Assembly: GCA_965112735.1 (NCBI GenBank)
Contig: OZ218958.1
Span: 1,736,001 to 1,800,000, forward strand
Source of the DNA: Phaeosaccion multiseriatum
Lineage: Eukaryota; Protista; Ochrophyta, other classes
Direction: 5' to 3'
DNA length: 64,000 nucleotides
Of the stretch, positions 13,656 to 25,962 are shown one piece after another. The translations under genes were made by a program, and so were the position numbers. Every line of letters starts with the position of its first letter. Position 1 is the first letter of the stretch. Under the pieces are notes generated by a model that did no database searches, was not told the origin of the DNA, and saw only the letters and a program-made list of their open reading frames with translations.

Positions 13656-14787
13656 GTACGTAAGTAGGTACGTAGGTAGGTACGTAGGGAGGGAGGGAGG
13701 TGGGTAGATAGGTACGTAGGTAGGTAGGTAGGGAGGTAGGGAGGGGAGGGGAGGGGAGGGGAGGTGAGGGCGGTAGGAAGGTAGACAGATAGGAGGTGAG
13801 AGGGGTCTGAGTTTTGAGTTTTTGGATTGGAGGGTGCGGTTTGTACACAAAGGTGCACACAAGACTCGAAAAACTCGGCACAGTATTATAGGGACGAAGT
13901 ATGGGCCTATGGCACCCTATTCATGCATTTAAGCAAGCCCCTCATATATATATATTATATATATATATATATGCTAGAGCCACATGGGATAACGAAGAAA
14001 TCTTATATAGGTCTATAGCTAAGCGCTTAGCTTAGCTTAGGGCGTGTTGTAGTACGAGAGGGCAGTAGGGACAGAGAGGGAGAGAGACCCAAAAGCACTG
14101 AGATGTGTACCACCCAAAAGCAGCCACTGAGATAACTATATTGACCAATAGAGGCACTCAGATATGTAATTATGTAGTGAAACATTGCGCCAATTTTTTT
14201 TTCGCACGCTTCTTTCTTTTACTTTTAATTTTAATGAAGAACTAAGGTCTCAAAATTGCTTTTGTGCTGCTGCAGAAAAGTTGGGGAGCTGTTGTGGTGA
14301 GGAGGAAACATCTTTTTTGTCTCTCTGACTGACTACACACACACTCTCTCTCTCTCTCTCTCTCTGGGCCTTGGGGGCTGTCTTTCGTCTCTGATTGTAG
14401 CACAAAGATGGAAAGGAGCGGAGGAGGAGGAGGAGGAGGGCGGAGTAAAGTGGAGTCGAATCGACCACCCTCTCTCTTGTTCGATGTATGTTTGAGTTTG
14501 AGTGTGTTGCGCCGGTCTCCAACGGCACACAGATGGCAGCGGAGGGCAATGGAGAGTAGGTCTATCTATGCCTGAGCGTGTAGCCGTCGCGGCGGGGCGG
14601 GTGGGTCGATTGCCTCCTCTTCCTCTACTCCAGCCTCCAGCGATGGTCCCGATCTCGTACTGCTCCTCTGCTGCTGCTTTGTTGCTGCTTTGTTGCTGCT
14701 TTGTTGCTGCTTTCTTTGGTGTGTTGTGGGGTTACCACACGGTCTGACAAACTGAAACTGAAACGGTCCCTCCCTCCCTCCCTCCCT

Positions 14788-14873
14788 CTATTCGTCAAGC
14801 TCGTCCTCGTCAATTATCTCAAGATGGAGGTCACTCTCTGGGTACGACACACACGTCAGCATCAGGCCCTGAT

Positions 14874-14909
<36 letters not shown>

Positions 14910-16100
14910 GTGTAGACGAAGCGAGACACAAAGGGGACGGGTGGGGAAGGGGCGAGGGAGGTGTGTTTGTGTGAGTGCGGTTGGGTGACTGACGGACTGA
15001 CGTAGGGCTAGTCTGCCGTGTATCCCAAGTCGAACCCCCCCCCCCCCCAAGCTCAGTCAAGATGCAGTGGATGGCAGCGGATGTGACTAGACCACACGGA
15101 ATGAGAGGCTCCCCTCCTCTCCTCTCCTCTCCCTGCCTGCCTGTAACGCTTGCTCTCCCTCCCTTCCTCCTCCCACCTACTCCCTCCCTCTCACCCTTTC
15201 AATTTGCTCCTCCTCGAGCACGCCTTCGCTCTGCTCCACGGTGCCCTTGAGCAGGCGGGCAGGGCAGGTGTAGCAACTGCCCGACATGCAAGAGTGAGGG
15301 AGCTCGATGCTGACGAAGGAAGAGCAAGGAGGCACGGAGGAAGAACAACGAGGATGGGGGGAGGAGGGGAGGGGAAGGGAGGGTATAGGATGAACGAGTG
15401 TGTGTGAGTGTGTGGGTGGGGGGGGGGGCGTGGCAGCCGCTCACTCCCTCAGTCAGGTCCTCACTCACCCTGCATCGAGAGCTGCTTCGAGCACAGTGGT
15501 CTCGGCGTCGCACTTCAACGAATGAGTTGCGCCTTCGAAGTCAATGGTCACCGCAAACCCGTCCCCCCCTGCAGGTGCAGCAACCGCCGGTGCCGGGGCT
15601 GCTGCCGCTACAGGAGGCGGGGGGGGTGGCGCAGGGACGGCAGCAGGAGCAGCAGGCGCAGGAGCAGGAGGTAGAGAGCCGCCGGTCTCCCCAATCCATG
15701 AGTCGATGCGAGACAGCGCGTTGTCCACAGGCACCAGCGTCTCCGCTGATGCCTTCGATGCTGCTTTCGGTGCAGGGGGTGGCGGCACTGAACTGCTCTT
15801 TCCCCCTTCTTGGGCCAGACCCTCATAGAGAGCCGACAGGTGGGCAACCTGTTGCTCCAGTCGGGCGATAGTTTCATGCAGCTCTTCATTGGAGGGCCCC
15901 CCTTCGCTACCCCCCGCCGCGACTACTACTTTCGCAACCTTCCGTTGGGCGCCGTTCTTCTGGTGGTGCTGCATGTTTCTCGACGGCAGCCCCCGTACGA
16001 GTTTCTGTTGTGGTACCGGTGCATTCAGGAAGCACGCCGCCTCGCGCACGAGGGAGAGCAGCAAGACAACCCCCCATACATGTTGCCGTGGCTGCTTCAT
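14788..16100 (-). CDS. Plant-type 2Fe-2S ferredoxin with N-terminal extension, probably plastid-targeted, 3 exons
   Basis: Spliced domain reads TVLEAALDAGIELPHSCMSGSCYTCPARLLKGTVEQSEGVLEEEQIERGLMLTCVSYPESDL (C-x4-C-x2-C...C). N-terminus MKQPRQHVWGVVLLLSLVREAAC-FLNAP resembles a signal peptide plus Phe-initiated transit peptide. Exons 16100-15469, 15309-15195, 14868-14788. Confidence 0.88.
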
Positions 16101-16478
16101 GAACGAATGGACAGAGGAAAGAGGCCCCTTCGAGGCCACCAGTTGTGAGCCCCGGCGCGAAGACCCAACTTGTCCTCCTCATCGTTGGCGGTTTCTCTTT
16201 GTTCCTCTTGTGTGTAATACATATGTTCCTCTTGTGTTCTCCCCCCTACCGTTTCAAAGAGGTAGCTTTTATTTTTTGTGGGGCAAGATAACGACGCGCG
16301 CTTATATTTGTACGCACGAAGACACATGAGGGAGGCGGCAGAACCCGAGAATAGGTGGAAGAGCAGAGCCTTTAGCCTCTACAGCGTCAGCTTTGTTTGG
16401 GGACTTGCGAGGCGGGGAGCATTTGGAAAAGACAAAAAAGACGGAGGGGGCAAATACATCCAAAGAACACACACACAC

Positions 16479-17825
16479 ATGGGTGCTGCTTCTTCTTCTT
16501 CTTCCTCCACGCACAGGCCGTCCTTCTCCCTGGACTCGGTCGACACCAAGGCCAAGGCCGCGTTCTTGCGCCACAGCGCTTTCTGCATCCACTTTGACAG
16601 CGCAGTCGTCAGTCTCTCGCAAATGGAAGCCATTGCAGAGTGCTTCGACCCTGTGTTGGTTCAGGAGGGGGAAACCGTCAGCTACACTGGCGCCTATTCC
16701 GCGGACTCAGCCACGGAGCTGGTGGTCGTGGTGCAAGGAAACGTGGCTTTGCACACGGCGCTTCCTCCACGAGCGAGCTGCAAGGTGAGTGGCAGGCAAC
16801 ATAAGAGAGAGAAGGGAGGTTCGTGAGGGCGTCTCTCTGACTGCATGTTCCCCTTAGACTTACCGCACTCACAAGAGCCGTTTCAACCCCCCCCTGACTC
16901 CCCTCCGCCTCTGCATTGCCTGCCGTGGTGGTCTCTCTCGCAGGTCGGCAAGACGATGGGAGAGAACCAATTCCTCTGCACACGGAGAACAGGCGACGTG
17001 TTTTCCTTCAAGGACGCGGTTAACGCTGCACACACCAAATCAGATGTCTCTAGTAAGCTTTTGAAGGTGAGTCGTGTGTAACTACAGAGCAAGGGGTGGG
17101 AGGGAATGGGGTAGGGGGTGGGGTGGAGGCCGTACGCGCTCGACTCACCCCAGCACCTGCCTGCCCAGTCTGCTGACATCGCGCGGGCCACGCCCGCATC
17201 TCTCTCTCTCTCCCCCTCCCTCTCTCATGCCATGCCTGTCTCTCTCTCTCTCTGTCTCTCTGTCTCCCTCCCTCCCTCCCTCCCTCCCTCCCTCCCTCCC
17301 TCCCTCCCTCCCTCCCTCCCCCCCTCCCTATCTCCTGCCATGCCCGTGTCTCTCTCTGTCTCTCTCTCCCTCCCTTTCTTCCTCTCCCAGATGATGGTGG
17401 ATGAAATGCTACTGACTGCCAAGGAAGTGTCGCTGCTGCTTCGGCTTGACGGTGCCAAGTTCGACCTCTTGACCGAGGAGTCTCCCGCCCTTAGGGCGAT
17501 GATGGACAACGCGGTGTCCAGTAAGGTACGAAACCATATCTAAGGCAATCAACTCTGAACCATTAGGGCCATCCATCAATTAATCAATCAATCACTCAAT
17601 CATTCAGTCCAGGGGGGGGCGGGGGGGAGGGGGGGATGGGTACACTCGGTCCTTGTTGCTTTGAAACAGGCTGGCCTACCCACCAAAACGGGATTGAAGC
17701 TCAGTGCTCAACAATAACCACCCGGCAAGCACGCCACACCAACCCGACAGGCATTTCTCCGTCTCCTCGATTGATCGAGTCCTCTCGGCCCTGTTCCCTA
17801 TACACTGACCGCGGTCTCCTCGCGA

Positions 17826-17858
<33 letters not shown>

Positions 17859-18753
17859 TCGGACGCTCTGTGCTCCCTTCCCTTCCTCCCTGCCTCCCCC
17901 CCTCTCTCCCTCCCTTCCTCCCTGCCTCCCTCCCTCCCTGCCTCCCTCCCTCCCTCCCTCCCTCCCTCCCTCGCTCGCTCGCCCGCTCCGACAGCTTACG
18001 GCTTCATTAGCGAACGTCCCGATCTTCTCATCTCTCCCGGACAGTAAGCTTGAGATGCTGGCATCCATGTTTAATTACGAAGGTTGGCACAGACAGGACT
18101 TGTTCATGCACCTAAGCTCCTTTCTCTCCCTCCCTCGCTCCCTCCCTCGCTCCCTCCCTCGCTCCCTCCCTCGCTCCCTCCCTCGCTCCCTCCCTCGCTC
18201 CCTCCCTCCCTCCCTCCCTCCCTCCCTTCCTCCCTTCCTCCCTCCCTCCCTCCCTCCCTCCCTCCCTCCCTCCCTCCCTCCCTCCCTCCCTCCCTCCCTC
18301 CCTCCCTCCCTCCCTCCCTCCCTCCCTCCCTCCCTCCCTCCCTCCCTCCCTCCCTCCCTCCCTCCCTCCCTCCCTCCCTTCCTCATTCTCTTTCCCTTCC
18401 TCACTCACTCCCTCCCTCCCTCCCTCCCTTCCTCATTCTCTTTCCCTTCCTCACTCACTCCCTCTCTCTCCCCCCTCTTTTTCTGCCTGTGGATGTGATT
18501 CTCTACTCAGTTGACATGATTCTCTCGTTTGGAGTCGCCAACATTAATTGTTTTTGTTTCGGATCTTTTGCCTCCAAACCCGTCCACTGCCATGCCCACC
18601 CTTATCCACTGCCCCCCCCCCCCCCCCCATTCACGGCCATCCGCACTTCCATCCACTGTCATCCCGCCCGCCAGCCTTCCCGGAGGATCAATTGATCATA
18701 GAGGAGGGGCAAATCGGGGACAAGCTCTTCGTCGTCTTGAATGGACGCGCAGT

Positions 18754-18803
<50 letters not shown>

Positions 18804-19569
18804 GTTTGGTAGGCGGGCGGCATCTTGTATTGATGGCTTCTTGACACTGACATCCCCTGCCATCCCTCTGCCATCCCTTGCCGCCCGCTCCCACCCCCCT
18901 GCCATCCCCTGCCATCCCCTGCCTATCCCCTCCTGCCCCCCTGCCATCCCCTACCATCCCCTGCCATCTACTTCCATCCCCCTGCCATCCCCTGCCATCC
19001 CCCTGCAGGTCGTGGCCAGCGCCTCCAAACGGAGAGACAGCTTACCTAGGCGGTGCTGCCCCACGCAGGGCTGTCGCACGCCCCAAGTCTTCCCCGCAGC
19101 CCAACCGTAAGTGCACATCTCATCATACCTCACCAGTTGGTGATACGTCACGCCGGTTGGTGATACACGACATCACACTACACCGGTTGGTGATACACAA
19201 CACTAGTTGGTAATATACCACATCACACCACACCAGTTGGTGATACACCACACCAATTTGTGATACATCACGCCAGTTGGTGATACACCACATCACACCA
19301 CATCAGTTGGTGATACACCACACCAGTTGGTGACACACCACATCACACCACATCACGCCGGTTGGTGATACACCACATCACACCACACCAGTTGGTGACA
19401 CACCACATCACACCACATCACACTACATCACACATCACACCACATGACACCGCACCTCAATTCTCCACTCCTTTCACTCCACCCCGTACCCTACTCCTCT
19501 CACTCCACTCGTTTCACTCCACTCCTTACCCTCCACCCCTCCAATCCCGTGTGTGCATATGTATGTGCA

Positions 19570-19645
<76 letters not shown>

Positions 19646-20801
19646 ATCGTCCTCTCCCTCCCCCCTCTTCCCTTGTCTCTTTGACAGACCGCTAACGCCC
19701 CTCCTCGGCAACGATGTGAAGGTCGCTGAGCAACCCCCCAAACCAATGCTATCACGGGTGGGTAACGGTTCTCGCGCGATTGGAAGAGGGAGGGAGGGAG
19801 GGAGGGAGGGAGGGAGGGAGGAAGGGAGGGAGGAAGGGAGGGAGGGAGGGAGGGAGGTGTGAAACTCAGGGAAATAAGAAAACGGTAGCTGATTTCATTG
19901 ATGGCTCGGTCTGTCCGCACGCTCCTTCCTCCCCTCCCTCCTTCCCTCCGTCCTCCCTCCCTCCCTCCTTCCCTCCCTCCCTCCCTCCCTCCCTTCCTCC
20001 CTCCCTCCCTCCCTCCCTCCCTCCCTCCCTCCCTCCCTCCCTCCCTCCCTCCCTCCCTCCCTCCCTCCCTCCCTCCCTCCCTCCCTCCCTCCCTCCCTCC
20101 CTCCCTCCCTCCCTCCCTCCCTCCCTCCCTCCCTCCCTCCCTCCCTCCCTCTCCCCCCTCCCTCCCTCCCTCCCTCCCTCTCTCCCTCTCTTCCTCCCTC
20201 CCCCCCTCCCTCCCCCCCTCCCTCCCTCCCTCCCTCCCTCCCTCCCTCCCTCCCTCCCTCCCTTCCCTCGCTCCATCCCTCCCTTCCTTCCCTCCCTTCC
20301 TTCCCTCCCTTCCTTCCCTCCCTTCCTTCCCTCCGTCCATCCCTCCCTCCCTTCCTTCCCCGTTTGTGCCCACCACTTACACTAGGGCTTGACACTCGCG
20401 AAGGGCTTGTTCGCCAACGGACCAAGGGAGGAGGAGAGCAATAGGGTCCACCCGGTCATATCAGAGGATGAGGAGAATTGGACAACGTCAGAAGAGAAGA
20501 GTGAAGACGGTTACTCAGCAGGGGGGTACGCTGAGGGGGAGGGGCTGGCAGAGGCAGCGGCCGGGGTGGCTTTTGGAGAGGTGGAGCAATCGGGAGACAA
20601 GTCAGTGACTCGGGAGGAGGGTGGACATGCGGCGGTTACAGAAGGCTCAGCGGGCTCACCGGCAGGACCTGTGGAAGAAGCAGAGGCGGCAAGAGGAGAC
20701 GGGGGGGTACAGGTCCACGCTACACAGCAGCAGCAGCAGCAGCAGCAGCCGCCGCAAGCACACCACCGCCCACAACAGCAACAACAAAAACAGCAACAAC
20801 C

Positions 20802-20837
<36 letters not shown>

Positions 20838-20839
20838 GC

Positions 20840-20889
<50 letters not shown>

Positions 20890-21155
20890 GAACAACAGCA
20901 ACAACAACAACAACAACAACAACCACAACAACCACAACAACGACAACAACAACAACAACAACCACAACCACAATCACAACAACCACAGTCACAACAACCA
21001 CAGTCACAACAACCACAGTCACAACAACCACAACCACAACAACCACAATCACAACAACCACAATCACAACAACCACAGTCACAACAACCACAGTCACACC
21101 AACCACAGTCACAACAACCACGATCACAACAACCACAATCACAACAACCACAGTC

Positions 21156-21189
<34 letters not shown>

Positions 21190-21770
21190 CCACAGTCAGA
21201 GCAGCGATCTCTGGAGTCGGCGGCTTGTCTCGGCGGCGAGTCAGGCGGGGCGACAGCACCAGTAGAGGTCTCAGCCCCAGCCTCAGCAGCAACAGCAGAA
21301 GCAGCTGGAGGAGGAGGAGGAGGAGGAGGAGGAGGAGGAGGAGGAGGAGGAGGAGGAGGAGGAGGAGGAGGAGGAGGAGGAGGAGGAGGAGGAGGAGGAG
21401 GAGGAGGAGGAGGAGGAGGAGGAGGAGGGAGGAGAGAAGGGGAAGGGCGAGGAGGGGAAGGCAGTATGAGTGAACGAAGCGGATTAACCAATGCACATGC
21501 ACCACGTAGGGGGTCGAAGGGGCGGCACCACTCAGCGAGTGTGCGCGGCCTTGAGAAGGAGGTGTCCGTTCTCGCGGTCTTGGAGCCGGGGGCATTCTTC
21601 GGAGAGGTAAGTGGGTAGAGGGGTCTACGTATCATATCGCCGATGGCAGTGGATGGGATGGTGTGTGAGAGTCGGAAGGGTTGGATTGCAAGTAAAAGGG
21701 GAGGGAAATTTGAGGGGAGGAAGGGCCGGATGGCAGTGGATGAGAACGAACGACCGACTGACCTTTCCAT

Positions 21771-21802
<32 letters not shown>

Positions 21803-22423
21803 TTCTTCTTCTTCTTCTTCTTCTTCTTCTTCTTCTTCTTCTTCTTCTTCTTCTTCTTCTTCTTCTTCTTCTTCTTCTTCTTCTTCTTCTTCTTCTTCTT
21901 CTTCTTCTTCTTCTTCTTCTTCTTCTTCTTCTTCTTCTTCTTCTTCTTCTTCTTCTTCTTCTTCTTCTTCTTCTTCTTCTTCTTCTTCTTCTTCTTCTTC
22001 TTCTTCTTCTTCTTCTTCTTCTTCTTCTTCTTCTTCTTCTCCTGCCATCCCTCCAGACTGCTCTCCTGGCGGACATTCGCCGTACAACATCCGTCCAGGC
22101 AGAGACTGATACACTCGTCGTCACCATCAATAAGAAAGACTTTCGAAACTTTTGCACGGTGAGTAAGTCAATCAAGAAGCAATCAATCAAGCATCACCAC
22201 ACACACACACACATTTTCTCTATCACATGCATCCACCCACGCCCAACCGCGCATACAGGCACACGCACACACATCTCCTCACGCACACACACGCACACAC
22301 ACCCCCACGCACGCACACACGAACACACACATACACATATTCACCCACTAGCATACATAAACCACCCTCTCGCTCACTCTCTCACCCTTTCTCCACCCCC
22401 CCCCGCCCGCCCCACACACGCAC

Positions 22424-22508
<85 letters not shown>

Positions 22509-24643
22509 ATCACACACACACACACACACACATACACACACAATCACACACACACACACACACACGTGGCTCTTAGGTCTGCCCGGACGTGGAGGCCAAG
22601 ATCAGAGCAGAGATGCGTGTACGGCTACTCGGAAACCTCTTCACTCTCGACTCGGAAACCTTTAGGCTCATACAGAGGGAGGCGTTCGACGCCATCACAC
22701 AGGAGTGAGTCAGGAAGGGAGGAAGGGAAGCAAGGAAGGGAAGGAAGAACGAAAGAAAGAAAGAAAGAAGAACAGAACAAAAGAAAGAGAGAAAGAAAAG
22801 AAAGAAAGAGGGAAGGAAGGAGGGAGGGAGGAACGAACGAAACGAACCGAAACGATCGAAGGAAGAAAGGGTGGGAAGGGCGAAGCCTATCAGTAAGTCA
22901 GACAGTCAGTCAGTCATTCATTCAGTCAGTCGCTTAGTCCCCGCAGAGGGCCGAGGGTGGCGGGGGGGGGGGCATGAGCATCGCCAAACATCAGAGGCCA
23001 ATGTAGACAGTGTAGACAGGAGTTTAAGCCCCCCTACACAGAGGCCAGTGTAGACAGGAGTTTAAGCCCCCCTCCCTCCATTCAACTTCCTCACCCCTTT
23101 CCCTCCCTTCCTTCCTCTGTCATCCTTCCCCCCCCCCCCCCCTCCCTGTCCGCTGAAATCAACAGCTGCGAAGTGCTCGAGTTCAGTCCCGGCGAGGTGG
23201 TGTTCGAGGCGGAGGACCAGGCGCAACACCTCCTTGTGCCCATCGTGGGCTCCTTGCGGGTAAGCAGGCCCGCAGATGCAGAGGAGGCGAGCGATACAAG
23301 CGGGAAGGCGACGTCACTGGGAGCAGTCCGTACGCCAACAACGTCCACGCCTTCCCCTGGTGTTGGCGTTTCGTCATGTTTGTCATCACCCACCTCCTTC
23401 GATCTGTGGCCCGGTGAGCGCATCGGCGTGAAGAGCATGCTTCTTGGTGTTCCTCGGGGAGTGAGCGCACGCGCAGGGGACTCTACCGCGTTCGTGCTCC
23501 AGATTCCAAAGGAGAAGGTGAGGAAAGAGGAGGAGGAGGAGGAGGAGGAGGAGGAGGAGGATAAGGAGGAAGAGGAGGAGGAGGAGGAGGAGGAGGAGGA
23601 GGAGGAGGAGGAGGAGGAGGAGGAGGAGGAGGAGGAGGATAAGGAGGAAGAGGAGGAGCAGGAGGAGGAGGAGGAGGAGGAGGAGGAGGAGGAGGAGGAG
23701 GAGGAGGAGGAGGAGGAGGAGGAGGAGGAGGAGGAGGAGGAGGAGGAGGAGGAGGAGGAGGAGGAGGAGGAGGAGGAGGAGGAAGAGGAGGAGGAGGAGG
23801 AAGAGGAGGAGGAGGAGGAGGAGGAGGAGGAGGAGGAGGAGGAGGATAAGGAGGAAGAGGTGGATGAGGAGGAGGAGGAGGAGGAGGAGGAGGAGGAGGA
23901 GGAGGAGGAGGAGGAGGAGGAGGAGGAGGAGGAGGAGGAGGAGGAGGAGGAGGAGGAGGAGGAGGAGGAGGAGGAGGAGGAGGAGGAGGAGGAGGAGGAG
24001 GAGGAGGAGGAGGAGGAGGAGGAGGAGGAGGAGGAGGAGGAGGAGGAGGAGGAGGAAGAGGAGGAGGAGGAGGTGGTGGTGGTGGTGGTGGTGGTGGAAG
24101 AGGAGGAGGAGGAGGAGGAGGAGGAGGAGGAGGAGGAAATCCCCCTGCTCCTTCTCCGTTTGCTCTGCTTCTCTGTTTGCGTCCGCTCCTCCCATCCGGA
24201 CCTCTTCCTGACATGTCGACGCTCGCCAATCGTTACACCGCACACGCACCCACCCACCCACCCACACACACACACACACACACGCACAACCACACGCAAC
24301 CGCAGGTGTTGGAGCGTTCCCCACAGATGAATGGCGAGGTGTGGGGCGAGATGCAAATCGCGGCCTTTGGGGAGGAGGTGTCTCTCATTGACTTAATCAA
24401 GTGTCAAGCGGCCAAGCGAGCGCTGATCGGCTTTGAGGTGAGTGAGTGAGTGAGTCTAGAGTGAATGTGAGTGTGAGTGAGTGAGTGAGTGAGTGAGTCT
24501 GAGTAAGTCTAGAGTGTGAGTGAGTGAGTGTGAATGAGTGAGTGAGTGCGAGTGAATGAGTGAGTGAATGTGAGTGAGTGATTGAGTGAGTGAGTGAGTG
24601 AGTGGACGGACGGGTGCAACGGACGGACGAGACAAACGAACAG

Positions 24644-24710
<67 letters not shown>

Positions 24711-25938
24711 GAGGAGGAGGAGGAGGAGGAGGAGGAGGAGGAGGAGGAGGAGGAGGAGGAGGAGGAGGAGGAGGGAGGAGGAGGAGGAGGAGGAGGAGGA
24801 GGAGGAGGAGGAGGAGGAGGAGGAGGAAGAGGAGGGGGGCTGCGCGTTGTGATGTGATTGTTCGTCTTGCTAGGGTTCCGTGTCGATGTCTCGATCATTC
24901 CGTGGCGATGTCTCGATCATTCCGTGACGATGTCTCGATCATTCCGTGGCGATGTCTCGATCAGGGGTGTTGAGCGATAGAAAGGGGACTTGCACAGGGC
25001 TGTGCGTCCAATTGACGCAATAGAAGAGCACAACTCTGTGGATGTCGTTTCAGTTTCAGTTTCATCACATCGCTCCTTCCCCTTTGCGTGAAGGCCCTTG
25101 GTTCAGTGACTCTCTAACATGCCCTCAACTCCCTTCCCTCCCTCCCTCCCTCCCTCCCCGGCTCTGCTTTGTGCCATCTGTGACAACCTCGTCCGGACGT
25201 CGCCAGACAACGCACCAACAGTCTGCAAATGTGGCCTTCTGCGACGAGATGCGTGTTCTTAGCCAGGCCGGGGGAAATGAGGGAGGAGAAGCTGCTGCAG
25301 AGGGAAGGGCGTCTATGGCAAAGCAAGTCGTGGCCAGTTTCATTGTCTCTGATAACGCGCCGCTGCAGGTGCGTGCGTGCGTGCGTGCGTGTGTTCGCAA
25401 AGGAAGGGAGGAAGAGACCCCCATTCTTACCGTAGACGGCTCCGTCTCACCCTCGTCCCTCCATCGCTTGTCTTGCCCCTGACCCTGACCCTGACCCTGA
25501 CCCTGACCCTGACCCTGACCCTGACCCTGACCCTGACCCTGACCCTGACCCTGACCCTGACCCTGACCCTGACCCTGACCCTGACCCTGACCCTGACCCT
25601 GACCCTGACCCTGACCCTGACCCTGACCCTGACCCTGACCCTGACCCTGACCCTGATCCATCTGCCCTACTCTCTCTTCTCTCTTTCTCTCTCCTTCCAC
25701 CTCTCCTCTCCTGCCTCTTGTCGGGGTGTGGATGCAGGTGAGTCTCCCGGATGATCTGAGAGCGGAGCTTATCCAGACGAGCGCCGAGCAAGTGCCAGCG
25801 TCAGTCTTGGAGGAACTGTTGCTCAAAGCTCAGGCGGAGGCCTCGTTGCAGATAGAGAAGGAAGTGTACCCGGCCTTCCTCAAGAGCGAAGAGTTTCAAC
25901 AACTCTCAGAGCAACTGGGGGCGCGCCTTGCCCGATGA
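16479..25938 (+). CDS. Protein with three cyclic-nucleotide-binding-like domains and a C-terminal RGS domain, 14 exons
   Basis: cNMP motifs: LANVPIFSSLPDSKLEMLASMF, IIEEGQIGDKLFVVLNG, LEPGAFFGETALLADIRRTTSVQA, FSPGEVVFEAED. RGS motifs: SANVAFCDEM, AKQVVASFIVSDNAPLQVSL, AQAEASLQIEKEVYPAFLKSEEF. Exons 16479-16784, 16944-17066, 17391-17525, 17995-18082, 18675-18754, 19009-19106, 19688-19757, 20386-21606, 22057-22158, 22577-22704, 23166-23517, 24306-24437, 25207-25368, 25738-25938. Confidence 0.8.
19130..19440. repeat. Intronic tandem array of ~11 copies of CAGTTGGTGATAC separated by CACCA/CATCA units
   Basis: Copies start at about 19134, 19154, 19184, 19204, 19234, 19254, 19274, 19304, 19324, 19359 and 19389. 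Confidence 0.9.
21770..22040. repeat. (CTT)n microsatellite, ~90 units, at the 3' end of an intron
   Basis: Directly visible. It precedes the acceptor at 22056. Confidence 0.95.
23525..24137. repeat. (GAG)n microsatellite, ~600 bp, at the 5' end of an intron
   Basis: Directly visible after the donor at 23518. It produces the spurious poly-E/S/P/L/R ORFs. Confidence 0.95.
25477..25656. repeat. (CCCTGA)n hexamer array, ~30 units, intronic
   Basis: Perfect tandem array lying ~80 nt upstream of the acceptor at 25737. Confidence 0.95.
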
Positions 25939-25962
25939 ATTTGACACTGTGGCTGTGCCCAA

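Noticed and set aside
14018-14031. Palindrome GCTAAGCGCTTAGC in the eEFSec-ferredoxin intergenic region
   Set aside because: Short, single occurrence within a CTTAG mini-repeat, with no supporting context.
19130-19440. CRISPR-like repeat/spacer appearance
   Set aside because: Spacers are 7-22 bp of the same CACCA/CATCA filler rather than unique sequence. It is a eukaryotic intron and there are no cas genes.
20511-24356. Long ORFs of poly-R/C/E/S/L/P (e.g. 20511-22190, 23091-24356, 23173-24330)
   Set aside because: These are stop-free frames generated by trinucleotide microsatellites in introns or antisense to real exons.
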